A DNA stretch of 63,327 bases, the filler included, from Octopus bimaculoides (lineage: Eukaryota): assembly GCF_001194135.2 (NCBI RefSeq). It is 4 parts of 4 records of this genome, joined end to end, with 100 filler letters (N's around TTAATTAATTAA, not from the genome) between each part and the next. Parts side by side here need not be neighbours in the genome. Positions count along the whole stretch, not along the records: positions 1 to 30,966 come from NC_069000.1; positions 31,067 to 37,181 come from NC_068985.1; positions 37,282 to 61,998 come from NC_068983.1; 1 more part is not named here. One strand, written 5' to 3'. Both the position numbers and the translations under genes were made by a program. Under the pieces are notes generated by a model. That model searched no databases, was not told the origin of the DNA, and saw only the letters and a program-made list of their open reading frames with translations. Below are positions 27,021-39,092 of the stretch, one piece after another. Every line of letters starts with the position of its first letter. Positions within the stretch are counted from its first letter, which is position 1.

Positions 27021-27767
27021 ACGTAGTGTTATTCTGCTTCCAGACAACTGAGTCAACGAATCCATTGTCATAAATATCTAGATTTCCATTCTATACCTGC
27101 TGTTGCAAAGTAACTTCACACTTTTAACACCTGCACCAACACTAAAACAATTATTTCCCAGTAGTTAACACGCAGCTGTAATACTTCAATATATGAGAAG
27201 AATATTCCCTCTATATGGGCGCCAGGAAGGAAATCGTTTAGCAATCGCCAATGGGAAAGTTTTACTCACCACCACCCCCATCAATACTACCACAATATTT
27301 GAAAAACGATTATTACGAAGTCTAATGTGGCTTATTATGCAGCGCACAACCTGCGAGTTCACTTGCCTGTCGTACTGCAGTACTTCTCATCCTTTAGTAT
27401 GAGAAAATGTACAATTGCTGTAGAAGTTTCCTATTATCTCTAGTTTATCCCTCTACGAAAATGGCTTTTTAAGTAGCACACCCACAGTGAAATAGTCTCG
27501 ACATTTCTTACCAGCTTTGTTCCTTTTAACTATAAAATATACGTACATACATACATACATACAAACGATCTTACGAACATACATAGGTACTTTTATATAT
27601 ATATATATATACAAACAGACATACATAATAACTTATGTGCATGCATTCACACACTAATACATTCGTTGTGGCAGCGTTTTAGTGACCGGCTTGAATTCTG
27701 CCAAAGAAAAATAATTTTTAAAAAAATAGATATATGTACACACCCATATACACATACATACATACTA

Positions 27768-27798
<31 letters not shown>

Positions 27799-27825
27799 TA
27801 CAGACAGATAGATAGATAGATAGAC

Positions 27826-27877
<52 letters not shown>

Positions 27878-28264
27878 CTATGTATCTATCAATATATGTA
27901 TTTATATGTAAGAAATATATATATTCATGTATNNNNNNNNNNNNNNNNNNNNNAGATAGATAGATAGATAGATAGATATAGATATAGGGCAGAGAATTGC
28001 CAATTAGTTAATAAAATTAATAATTAACAATTTTGACAAGTAGTTCAGTATGCAAAAAAACCTTTATCGGTAAACTATTTATAATTATAAACATATAGGG
28101 ATCAGCATGAGTTGCCTCACCAACATACTGAAAATTTAGAAATAGCAGTCAAAGAACTACTAATTCTAACTACAATTTTTTTCCCTAACGAATGGCGATA
28201 TGTATGGCACACATAGAACAAAACAGAAGAGAAAAAACAAAAACAAAACTTGCCGTTAGTTAAT

Positions 28265-28320
28265 CATGTACGACGTTTCGTGATTAGAATATAAAAAATT
28301 ATTTTCCACTCATCAGCATT
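28265..28320 (-). ncRNA. Candidate minimal type-I hammerhead ribozyme (PLE-type)
   Basis: Minus strand: AUG-CUGAUGA-GUG...CAC-GAA-AC guc GU-A-CAU. The core is intact, but stem I is only 3 bp and stem III only 2 bp. Confidence 0.45.
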
Positions 28321-28397
28321 ATATACAAAATAAATCTGAAAATGCTAATTCACCCATGTATATGTGACCATACGACATCACATATATATAATTATAT

Positions 28398-28490
28398 ATA
28401 TAAATATATATATTCCTACACGTATATATAAATATATATATTCCTACACGTATATATAAATATAAATATTCCTACACGTATATAGATATA
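28398..28490. repeat. Minisatellite, about 28-bp unit (tataaatatatatattcctacacgtata) x3
   Basis: attcctacacgtatata occurs three times at regular spacing. Confidence 0.9.
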
Positions 28491-30214
28491 AATGTACACA
28501 AACATAAATATATATATACATATATATAAGTACATATATGCCTCATATTCAGAAGTTGTTTCTGAAAGTCCCTTAACTCATCCCGCCTCTGTTCAGCATC
28601 CAGTCTTAAACGAGTGTAATTTTAAATTCTTCCAGTCACGAGAAAATGAGGTGACTTCTACTCATAGCTAAGCTGTCCGCCTATGTGTCTCCTTTCGTCT
28701 GTCATCACTTATAAAGACTATGCTGTCACTTTGATCTACACTAAGGGTTTGATCGTACCTTCCCAAAAACCGTATGTCTATATATTAATGACTCATAGTT
28801 TGATCCATTCTAACCTCACATGCACTACTATTCATGTGCGTCCTGGACACATCCGTTTCACACATTATTCAATGTATATCCCTCATCAAAACATTATACT
28901 AGATCAACTCCACCACCACGAACAATTCTGAACCGAAGCAGGAGATTCTATATTGTAAATCTTTCTGCTAGATATAGCAGTAAAATATTCCTCAAATGAC
29001 GCTCCACTGTCTTAAGTTAAGGCAAGGTACTTTGGATAATGTATTCCTACATAACCGTATGGAGGCAGGGTGGTTAATGGTTTAATCGCCTTTAATCATT
29101 ACACTGCTCAGCTACGGAACTCTCACTCAAAAGTTATCATAATTTCAATTCAATTATTTTTTCTTTCTCTTACATTAAGTCAAATTTCTTAAGCTGTTAA
29201 AGAAATCAGAAAACTGTCTTTACATGGTTTGACAAAGTTAAATCCATCAGACACGACAAGTTTTAAAAACTTCATCTTAATCAAGACCATATTTAAACCA
29301 AATTTCCCAATAATTCCCATTTAGGATGTTAATTTATTCGTGGTGTTGACTAACGGCAGATGTTAAGATTTTCTTGTCTTAGTTAATATGCCGTGCGTGC
29401 ATAATAATATTACGAACATAGAATTAAACATAAAAATGCATTTGCAATGAATTAGTAAATTTATCTGTAGCTCTTCTAGAACCCCTACTAATATCCCGCG
29501 GAATCCAGATTTCCAGAAACATCGGTTGAGAAGCACTATTGCTATTCTGACATCCACTGCTCTAATTATATTTATTTTTATTTGTGATAAATGAACAAGG
29601 TCACACATTTTATGGGAGGTGGAATGCCAATGCTTTCGCCCCCTGGTACTTTATTACACCAACTTTAGAATAATAGAACACAAAACAGGGTTTTTTTTAT
29701 TTAACGTTTAGTCAGAAAGAGAAAGGCAGCGTCCCAGAACTTTTATTTTGGGTGACGTTCGAAATAGATAAGAAAAAAGAAGAAAGTTATTCTCAAATCT
29801 TCGCAAAAGGATGCGCTAAAACAGCCAAGTACCAGCTGGTGGTGTTAAACTAAATGACAGATAAACACCACCACCAAAGAACTCACTTGTAACAAATAGC
29901 ACAAAGCATACTGTTAGATGCTTTAAAAATCTGTCAATATGCTAATGTTGACTAATACTGTATTTTATCGATATAAAAGATATGCAAAGCAGGATCTCTA
30001 CACAAAGCGCAGAGAAAAGGAACAAATGTTGCAAGTGATTTTGCTCCAAGCAATTCTGCCAGTTCACAGAATTTTGAAAGTGGAACATAAAAATATGTAA
30101 TAAATACTACCAGAGAATTTAATCATCAACTCCTGAATATTACTGACTTAAATGACCCAGATAAGAACGTTCTGATTAAACAGGACGTTCAGTGTGTCAC
30201 AGGGTTTCTCATAG

Positions 30215-30322
30215 GGTAAAGTGAAATGAAGTGATTCGCTCAAAAACACAACGGACTACTGGTTCCAGAAACTGAAACCACAATTCTCCGACCGTAAGCA
30301 CAACACCGTAACCACTAGGCTA
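30215..30322 (-). mobile_element. SINE family D fragment
   Basis: gctcaaaaacacaac...accgtaaccactaggc is the reverse complement of the family D head. Confidence 0.55.
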
Positions 30323-31066
30323 TGTAACTTCAAAATTTTCGTATGTGCTTTACGACTTCTTCTACTTCACCTGTCTTCATAAATACATAATACGGATAAC
30401 AAACAATATCGTGATTAAATCAGAACAGCACCCACCGGACTACATATCTTGTGGAATTTAATTACAGAATTCTACTTTTACAGACCACACGTAATGTCTA
30501 AACTTGTAATCGTTTAATCCACTTTAATTGACACCAAATGAAAGCTTACAAGTTACATCTTGGAAATCCTTCATTCAGCGTTTCTCATGTTTGATGCTAT
30601 TTTTCTTGTTTTTTCTGTATTTTGTGATATTTATTTACATTTATGTTTTTTGTGGGGTTTTTTGTGTTTTCTTTTGTTTGAAATTACGCTTATTTTTCGG
30701 GGGGGGGGGTTTGATTTTGGTTTTGGCTTTTTTCTCTTCATGAGTTGCTTGTGTCTGAAACGATAAAGTATCCAAACTTATGAGGAAGCTTCTACGCAAT
30801 GAAATAATCTCTAGAAACAGGAACCAGACCTCGCTTGAATTAGCCTCTACTTCATTTAAATTAAAAAGAGGTATTGGATAATTTAATCCAAATTGTACTG
30901 TGGGAGAAATATGAAATAATTGGCACGACGGAAAATTGTTTCATCAGAGATCTGCTGGTTCAGGGTNNNNNNNNNNNNNNNNNNNNNNNNNNNNNNNNNN
31001 NNNNNNNNNNTTAATTAATTAANNNNNNNNNNNNNNNNNNNNNNNNNNNNNNNNNNNNNNNNNNNN

Positions 31067-31900
31067 AAAAGCATAAAAGAATAACTGATTCTCACTGGAG
31101 AAGATTGGAGGGAGTAATTTCTGCAATGTAGACACATATTTATCTGAGTTTATGTTTCCCTCACACTCCACCAGTTCTGATCAACCATTGCTCCAATTTG
31201 CTCCCCAGGCCATCACAAAATAGCTGCTGTTTTCATTGTTGGCTGCAATCTTTTCACATCAAATTCTTGATCACAGAGTCTCCAGACCCACACTCAACCA
31301 CTGTCAGGAAATACAGCAAATCTGGACTCATCAGAGAATATGACAGTGTCCTAAAATGCTAGTGGCCTCTCCACCATCTCATTGGCCCAATCCTTTCTCA
31401 GCTTGATGTTGGCTGGTCGAAGAAGTGGCTTCCTTCTTGCTGCTCTGCCATAGTAGTCAGGTTTGTGGAGATACATGACAGTTGTTCTGGGACTGACATC
31501 AACTTGTTCTGCTATGTCAGACGCCTTGCAACGAGGATTATCCTCCATACTTCCCTTACCAAAGAGAAGGGTCCTATCAGAAGGCCCTGGTTGATCTCGG
31601 CGAGGTGCTGTGGACTTCCTCCCTTGTCTAGTGAACTGCACAATCACCCTATTAACTGTTGAAAACGGGAACCCAAAGTGTTCTGCGATTTTACGCTGAC
31701 TATGTCCACCTTGAGAATGACCCACAATACGGCCTCTTTGAAATTCAAACAGTTCCAACGCTTCTTTTTTTTAATTAAACAGTCACATATAGAACCTGAA
31801 ACATAAAAAATGTCAATTAATAAAAAATATAAACCTTTACAAGTGAGAATAAACATAAAACGATGTTTATGGGTGTCTATTTGCTCCTGTCATGCCTGTG
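31067..31900 (-). mobile_element. Second Tc1-like copy of the same family as 2448-3619 (5' portion; other end lost in gap)
   Basis: TIR ggtgtctatttgctcctgtcatgcctgtg|TA at 31872-31900. ORF 31351-31758 ([13 protein letters not shown]...[13 protein letters not shown]) is collinear with copy 1. Confidence 0.92.
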
Positions 31901-33004
31901 TACATACTTAGTACGTGTGTATGTGTGTGTGTGTGTGAATCAATATATAATACACATACAAACACACGCTCATACATACACGTCTGCTAGTGTTGATTCC
32001 TCGCGCCATACGCAGTGAATCAAAGCTTACAACTGTACTCGAGAAAGATGGATTAAGAGAAGGGCAGCACTTAGACCCTCTTTACTTTGAGTCTCCAAGT
32101 CTTGTGGGTGACACTGAAAAAGTTTTCATTGAGCCTGGGTTCTGGTCTGAAAGCTTTTAATAAGAGCGTAGAGGCCAAAGGCCAGTTGGTGGGGATAATT
32201 CGAGCGGTAGATTAAGTCACAAAAGATTTTAGATCTGGGTCTCTTTATATTAGAAAAAAGAAAAAAGAAAAAAAAAAGAAAGAAACGGGTTGGTCATAGT
32301 GGGAATTTCTTTGATTATACCTCTTATCTATCAGAGTTGACCAGGGTCTAAAGAAGAACAATTCGTAAATCGTGCATCAGCTTCAGGAACACACCATCAC
32401 ACGCTCACACCACTAAACACATACACGTATTCAGGTCATATACACATGTCAACATACACATAAACACTGACAGACTCCTATATTTGAGTGACATAAACAG
32501 GCAGTAACAACCAGATCTTACTTTAGCTGAGCTTCCCTCTTCAAAATCGTTTTAATTCTCGCCTTTCACGACTGAAGACATTAGCGGCTAGGCAGTATTC
32601 GTCCTATCTCTTCTCTGCTGACATGCATACTCACAAAATAAAGCAACGTACAGGCTATAAATAATTGTCAACCTAAACACACGTATAATCGCAATGCGCC
32701 ACTTGCCTGAATCTCGTTTATCCGAGAGTTGACTTCATGAAAGTGGTAATTAACGTCAGAATGAGTGCAAATGTTTTTAACAAATGTGTTACAAAATTTG
32801 ACTTAGTTACATACTCACTAAAGTCTGTTTGATTGAGAATTATATATTTTACAACTCAGCTTTGGTTTCTGTATTTATCATTTATGGAGTTACAAGCAAA
32901 CCGTTCGACATCTATCTATGAATGAATGAATGAATGAATCTATCTGTCTGTCTATCTGTCTGTCTATCTGTCTGTCTACTTGTCAGTTTTGCTCGATATC
33001 ACCA

Positions 33005-33152
33005 TCTCATCATCATCATCATCATCATCTTCTTCTTCTTCTTCTTCTTCTTCTTCTTCTTCTTCTTCTTCTTCTTCTTCTTCTTCTTCTTCTTCTTCTT
33101 CTTCTTCTTCTTCTTCTTCTTCTTCTTCTTCTTCTTCTTCTTCTTCTTCTTT
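33005..33152. repeat. Compound (CAT)n-(CTT)n trinucleotide repeat
   Basis: Seen directly; source of the poly-L/F/S/E ORFs. Confidence 0.97.
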
Positions 33153-33594
33153 CATCTTTTCATCGTGCTTTATCTTCCGAACATTCCTCACATCCTTTTA
33201 CTCTCTCGTTCTACATTTTACCTTCTCCTATCCACTTAGGTTCTCAGTCATTCAAATAATTCAGTCGTCTGTATCTCAGTCAATTGTCGTTTACTCTTTA
33301 TCCGAGCTCTGCGGCCGTAAATAACACTTTATACTGATACGTAACTCGGCAATGTTTAAACAACTTCAATACAAAAAAGGGATGTGAAGGCAATAACATA
33401 TTGCTGATATTCATTACGGGTATTATTTACAACAGAATTACTTCCTTTTGTGGAATTGTTTTGTAGTAGGAATGCTAAACAATCTTCAGAACACTTATTT
33501 TCCCTCATTCTTTTCTTTTACATGAAGGACGTGGAACAGTATTTTTTATGTGTGACATTCCTTTTCTTTTTATCTAGTTTTGCTTTTCTTTTAG

Positions 33595-33727
33595 CTTTAT
33601 TGTCCGTTCCGACGTTCCTTCGAAATGGAGGACATGTTTTTCAATGGTTTTGATCTAATAGAAAACACTCTGTCCTCTACATTAATAGGCTATTCTTATC
33701 ATCCGAGTTCGATGCGTGATGTTCTCC
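33595..33727 (+). other. Candidate spliced exon of unknown gene
   Basis: Strong acceptor cttttcttttag and donor C|gtaagt. The frame is open over 133 nt (LYCPFRRSFEMEDMFFNGFDLIENTLSSTLIGYSYHPSSMRDVL). No homology recognised. Confidence 0.25.
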
Positions 33728-34091
33728 GTAAGTAACTGCAAATTGACGACTACAGGAAAGAAACATCGATACACGAACACGAGGTAATTCCTAAATCGAC
33801 CCAAAATGAATATGAAAAAGGCATACGTTCTTGTATTTCAGTTTACTCGCCGACGTTTATAGCCTTCGCTATACGCACACAGGCAATACTTATATATATA
33901 CAGTCCCGGTCTAAAGTTTCAGTAAACATCAGAAACGATTTTGTGTTCTGTCTGTTGATGTATTCTACAATGACGTATTGTAGAATCTCCTGAGAATAGT
34001 TCACTTAAGTACAAATACCAGTTGTGTTCGATGTGTCTTCCTACGCTTCTTCATATTCCTCCTCCTCCTCATTCTCCTTCTCCTCATTCTT

Positions 34092-34155
34092 CCCCTCCTC
34101 CTCATCCCCCACCTTCCCTCCTCCTCATCCCCCACCTTCCCTCCTCCTCATCCCC
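34092..34155. repeat. 23-bp minisatellite (ccctcctcctcatcccccacctt)n running into a gap
   Basis: About three units are visible before the N run at 34156. Confidence 0.85.
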
Positions 34156-34429
34156 NNNNNNNNNNNNNNNNNNNNNNNNNNNNNNNNNNNNNNNNNNNNN
34201 NNNNNNNNNNNNNNNNNNNNNNNNNNNNNNNNNNNNNNNNNNNNNNNNNNNNNNNNNNNNNNNNNNNNNNNNNNNNNNNNNNNNNNNNNNNNNNNNNNNN
34301 NNNNNNNACATCCCACGCCCCCTCCCACTACCCCTCTTCCTCCCCCTTCTCATCCCTTCCCCCTCCTCCCTCTTCCTCCTCTTGAAGGGATTAGCCGAAC
34401 AAACTGACCCCAGTAGTTCGTTAAAAAAA

Positions 34430-34725
34430 AAAAAAACGAGTACTTATTTCATCGACCTCTTTTTGCCGAACCGCTAGTTTACGGAAACATAAGCAAACCA
34501 ACACTGGTTGTCGTGCGATGGTGGAGCACAAACACAAACACGTATATATATGTACAACTACATGACGAGCTTCTTTCAGTTTCCATCTACCAACTCCACT
34601 CACAAGACTTTGGTTAGTTCGGAGATATGATAAAATACATTTGCCCAAGGTGCCACGCAATGGGACTGAACCTGGAACCATGTGGTTTAGGAATAAACTT
34701 CTCAGCACACAGTCACGCCTGCACC
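34430..34725 (-). mobile_element. SINE family B, near full length
   Basis: The 3' module and the head are joined by a short (CA)/(TA) linker, matching 43089-43524 in reverse. Confidence 0.85.
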
Positions 34726-35204
34726 CACTTCTGAATATTCAGGTAGGATTTAGAACTTATAGTATTACGCAAATAGCATCCCCTCTCTGAACTTTTCTCT
34801 CAAATTATAATGGAAAGGCGTTTGCTTGAATGTTGCAAGTGTATATACCTGGGAGTGTTCTTTGAGTTTGATGGACGCGAACGAAAGAAGCAAATTGTAA
34901 AATACGTATTTTGTCACGAAACTTGACTTCTAAAGAAAACCTCTGTAGCCCAACTTTAATGATCTGATACAGGCGTTACCGTCGGAAGGCGAAGACATGG
35001 AAGAGATGTGGCCCTCTAACAGTCTTCGCCAATTCACTGCTTTGGCTTGGCAATTTAACTGAGAAGGATTTGAATTCAGACCGCAAAGATTGGGAACAAA
35101 TACCGTGTGGTATTCTATCCAATACTCTAACGGCTCTGTCAATTCGTCTTAAACACCCTCCCACACACACACACAAATACATATAACATTCATATAACAT
35201 ATGA

Positions 35205-35460
35205 AAGTGCGTGGCCGAGCGGTTAGCGTGTTCAGCTCGTTATTATTAGGTCAAGTTTTCAATCTCTGGCCTGAGTGGTGTCATTGAGTAACAAGCTTCT
35301 TTTCACTTTAGTCGTGTCTACTCAGCTATTACAAAGTACGAGCTGGTTGGTGGTGCGGGCCTCATTCAGTCTGGCTGCGACATACTTGGTGCTGTGCTGG
35401 TTCTAGGGTAACTGGGTCAAGGGGATGTCTATAGCAGCTCGCAACCAAAGAACCTAAAGA
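35205..35460 (+). mobile_element. SINE family D, degenerate
   Basis: gcgtggccgagcggttagcgtgttc...ttgagtaacaagcttcttttcacttt..tctactcagct resembles the 18148 copy. Confidence 0.55.
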
Positions 35461-35544
35461 AACAAGCAAACGCTTGGGACAAGGCTAAATCCTTTTGTTT
35501 TCTTTACAGAAATATATGTAAACATACAAACAGATGCATACGAA

Positions 35545-35603
<59 letters not shown>

Positions 35604-35620
35604 TAATCTATCTATTTATC

Positions 35621-35687
<67 letters not shown>

Positions 35688-35695
35688 TAATCTAT
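35545..35695. repeat. (TCTA)n tetranucleotide microsatellite flanking a gap
   Basis: Seen directly. Confidence 0.95.
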
Positions 35696-36672
35696 NNNNN
35701 NNNNNNNNNNNNNNNNNNNNNNNNNNNNNNNNNNNNNNNNNNNNNNNNNNNNNNNNNNNNNNNNNNNNNNNNNNNNNNNNNNNNNNNNNNNNNNNNNNNN
35801 NNNNNNNNNNNNNNNNNNNNNNNNNNNNNNNNNNNNNNNNNNNNNNNNNNNNNNNNNNNNNNNNNNNNNNNNNNNNNNNNNNNNNNNNNNNNNNNNNNNN
35901 NNNNNNNNNNNNNNNNNNNNNNNNNNNNNNNNNNNNNNNNNNNNNNNNNNNNNNNNNNNNNNNNNNNNNNNNNNNNNNNNNNNNNNNNNNNNNNNNNNNN
36001 NNNNNNNNNNNNNNNNNNNNNNNNNNNNNNNNNNNNNNNNNNNNNNNNNNNNNNNNNNNNNNNNNNNNNNNNNNNNNNNNNNNNNNNNNNNNNNNNNNNN
36101 NNNNNNNNNNNNNNNNNNNNNNNNNNNNNNNNNNNNNNNNNNNNNNNNNNNNNNNNNNNNNNNNNNNNNNNNNNNNNNNNNNNNNNNNNNNNNNNNNNNN
36201 NNNNNNNNNNNNNNNNNNNNNNNNNNNNNNNNNNNNNNNNNNNNNNNNNNNNNNNNNNNNNNNNNNNNNNNNNNNNNNNNNNNNNNNNNNNNNNNNNNNN
36301 NNNNNNNNNNNNNNNNNNNNNNNNNNNNNNNNNNNNNNNNNNNNNNNNNNNNNNNNNNNNNNNNNNNNNNNNNNNNNNNNNNNNNNNNNNNNNNNNNNNN
36401 NNNNNNNNNNNNNNNNNNNNNNNNNNNNNNNNNNNNNNNNNNNNNNNNNNNNNNNNNNNNNNNNNNNNNNNNNNNNNNNNNNNNNNNNNNNNNNNNNNNN
36501 NNNNNNNNNNNNNNNNNNNNNNNNNNNNNNNNNNNNNNNNNNNNNNNNNNNNNNNNNNNNNNNNNNNNNNNNNNNNNNNNNNNNNNNNNNNNNNNNNNNN
36601 NNNNNNNNNNNNNNNNNNNNNNNNNNNNNNNNNNNNNNNNNNNNNNNNNNNNNNNNNNNNNNNNTATATATA

Positions 36673-36856
36673 CACTCTTTTACTTGTTTCAGTCATTTGA
36701 CTGTGGCCATGCTGGAGCACCGCCTTTAGTCGAGCAAATCGAACCCAGGACTTATTCATTGTAAGCCTAGTACTTATTCTATCGGTCTCTTAGGCCGAAC
36801 CGCTAGTTTACGGGGACGTAAACACACCAGCATCGGTTGTCAATCGATGTCGGGGG
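36673..36856 (-). mobile_element. SINE family B 3' half
   Basis: ctcttttacttgtttcagtcatttgactgtggccatgctggagcaccgcc matches the family B tail. Confidence 0.85.
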
Positions 36857-36934
36857 GNNNNNNNNNNTGTGTGTGTGTGTGTATGTGTGTATGTGTGTGT
36901 GTATGTGTGTATGTGTGAGTGTTTGCGTGTGTGT

Positions 36935-37143
36935 ATTTCTGGTTTGTGTTTGTCTCCCTCACCATCGATTGACAATCGATGTTGGTGTGTTTACGTCCCC
37001 CTAAACTAGTGCTTCGGTAAAAGACATCGATAGAATAAGTACTAGGCTTACAAAGAATAAGTCTTGAGATCGATTAGTTCGACTAAAGGCGATGCTACAG
37101 CATAGCTACAGTCAAATGACTGGAACAAGTAAAAGAGTAAAAG
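36935..37143 (+). mobile_element. SINE family B 3' half, inverted relative to the 36673 copy
   Basis: ggtgtgtttacgtcccc...cagtcaaatgactggaacaagtaaaagagtaaaag. Confidence 0.85.
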
Positions 37144-37281
37144 AATATATATATATAAATATATTATATATATATATATATNNNNNNNNNNNNNNNNNNN
37201 NNNNNNNNNNNNNNNNNNNNNNNNNTTAATTAATTAANNNNNNNNNNNNNNNNNNNNNNNNNNNNNNNNNNNNNNNNNNNN

Positions 37282-37318
<37 letters not shown>

Positions 37319-37604
37319 CTATCACTCATCTCTCTCACTTCCATGAACTTCTCTACTCATACTCTCCCATCCACAGTTTGTTTTCTCTTTAATATTCACC
37401 TTGTACCTTGAGCAGATGTTCTGACAATGTGAGGTAGCCATGTATGTCTTCTATTGCAAGACACTGTTACCTGTCAACTATAAGCCCCTCTCTCTAATCC
37501 AACTCCACTCAAATGAGAGAACTTCTTTTTCTTTCTCTTGCAAATTACTTAGTAACCTCACCAGTACTGGCGCCACAAATATAAAGAAAACTCAGTGCGC
37601 TTCA

Positions 37605-37760
37605 TAAAGTGGTTAGTGTTAATAAGGGCATCTAGCCATGGAAACCATGCCAAAGCAGATATTGGCGTTCAACAGTCCTTTAGGTCGTTGGATTCCGCTA
37701 AACCATCCAACGCGGTTCAGCATGGAAAACGGACATTAAATGATGATGATGATGATGATG
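37605..37760 (+). mobile_element. Terminal fragment of the RTE LINE 3' UTR
   Basis: ggttagtgttaataagggcatctagc...ccatccaac..cagcatggaaaacggacattaaatgatgatgatg tail. Confidence 0.7.
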
Positions 37761-39051
37761 ATAATTATACGCCCATATCTAAAATATATGTATAGTGTAT
37801 ATATATATATGTATGTATGTGAATGTGTTTGTTTGTGAATGCGTGTGTGTGCAGTTTATCAGTCAATGAATCTCATAGTTATTACTCGGATTTTTCTAGT
37901 TTTACAGGCATGTGCATGTACTCCAAAATGTTGTAAAACGGATTTATTTTTACACAGCGAATTTTTTTCCTGTAGTACCGGTTGCTTTAAAGCGAAAAGA
38001 TAAAAACCAAGCTTAGTAGAATTTATTTCATTGTTTCAACGATTAAAAATGACAAATTATTACATCATTGATAGTTTTGATTTTATTTTTATTTTTATCT
38101 TCTTTTTAATCTTTGTCATATCTTATAAAATAACTTTTCCCAAGTTCTCTTGATATTCAGTGTCAGTTTTCAGCCGGTGTATTACAAAACAATATAAGGA
38201 GTTGCTCCACGCGCTCTCAGTGCTAGTATGTTGACTCGCCTCATAATAGACCGCGCGCTCTCACCAGTGGCTAATCAACTCTGAAGTCTACTTACTGTCA
38301 ACTACTTATCATTTAATAGCTTCAGTCGTTCTGCTACAGATGGAATCCCTCTGCTCTGCGGAGCTTTTCCCTACAAAATGTAGTTTTGTTATTTTTTTAG
38401 CTTATATGGGGCTTTTCATTAATCAAGGTAATGTCTAATTTTATTTTTCCACTTATCTAATTTGTTATTTTTTCCGCCTCTCTATCTGTGACATTTGAAT
38501 AAAAAACAAAACAAACCAACTAACTCTTAAGTCACACCACACTAGCATAAAATAATGTCTATTTTTTTTCTCGTTTGTACTATTGTATCCTTATTACTCA
38601 TGTGAAATCGCTTGTATAATTTTGCACGCGCACACACACACAAATCTCTCTCACTTTATATATATATATATAAGCAATGTTAATTCTCTAAATGAAGTAT
38701 TAACAGTAACTGCACGATAAAGTGAAGTATATTGCCACTTAAGTGTGGCTGACCCCTAGGGGTGGATGTTACTGTTGCTTTTAGCCCCATGAGGACATCT
38801 CCTCCAGCTGGCTTATCGACACACTACTGTGTCCTGTATATATNNNNNNNNNNNNNNNNNNNNNNNNNNNNNNNNNNNNNNNNNNNNNNNNNNNNNNNNN
38901 NNNNNNNNNNNNNNNNNNNNNNNNNNNNNNNNNNNNNNNNNNNNNNNNNNNNNNNNNNNNNNNNNNNNNNNNNNNNNNNNNNNNNNNNNNNNNNNNNNNN
39001 NNNNNNNNNNNNNNNNNNNNNNNNNNNNNNNNNNNNNNNNNNNNNNNNNNN

Positions 39052-39092
<41 letters not shown>

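Noticed and set aside
30967-31066. N-ttaattaattaa-N blocks (also 37182-37281 and 61999-62098)
   Set aside because: Identical 100-bp format with a six-frame-stop spacer: a scaffolding artefact marking joins of unknown size.
32930-33324. Poly-Leu/Phe/Ser/Glu ORFs
   Set aside because: These come from the (CTT)n microsatellite.
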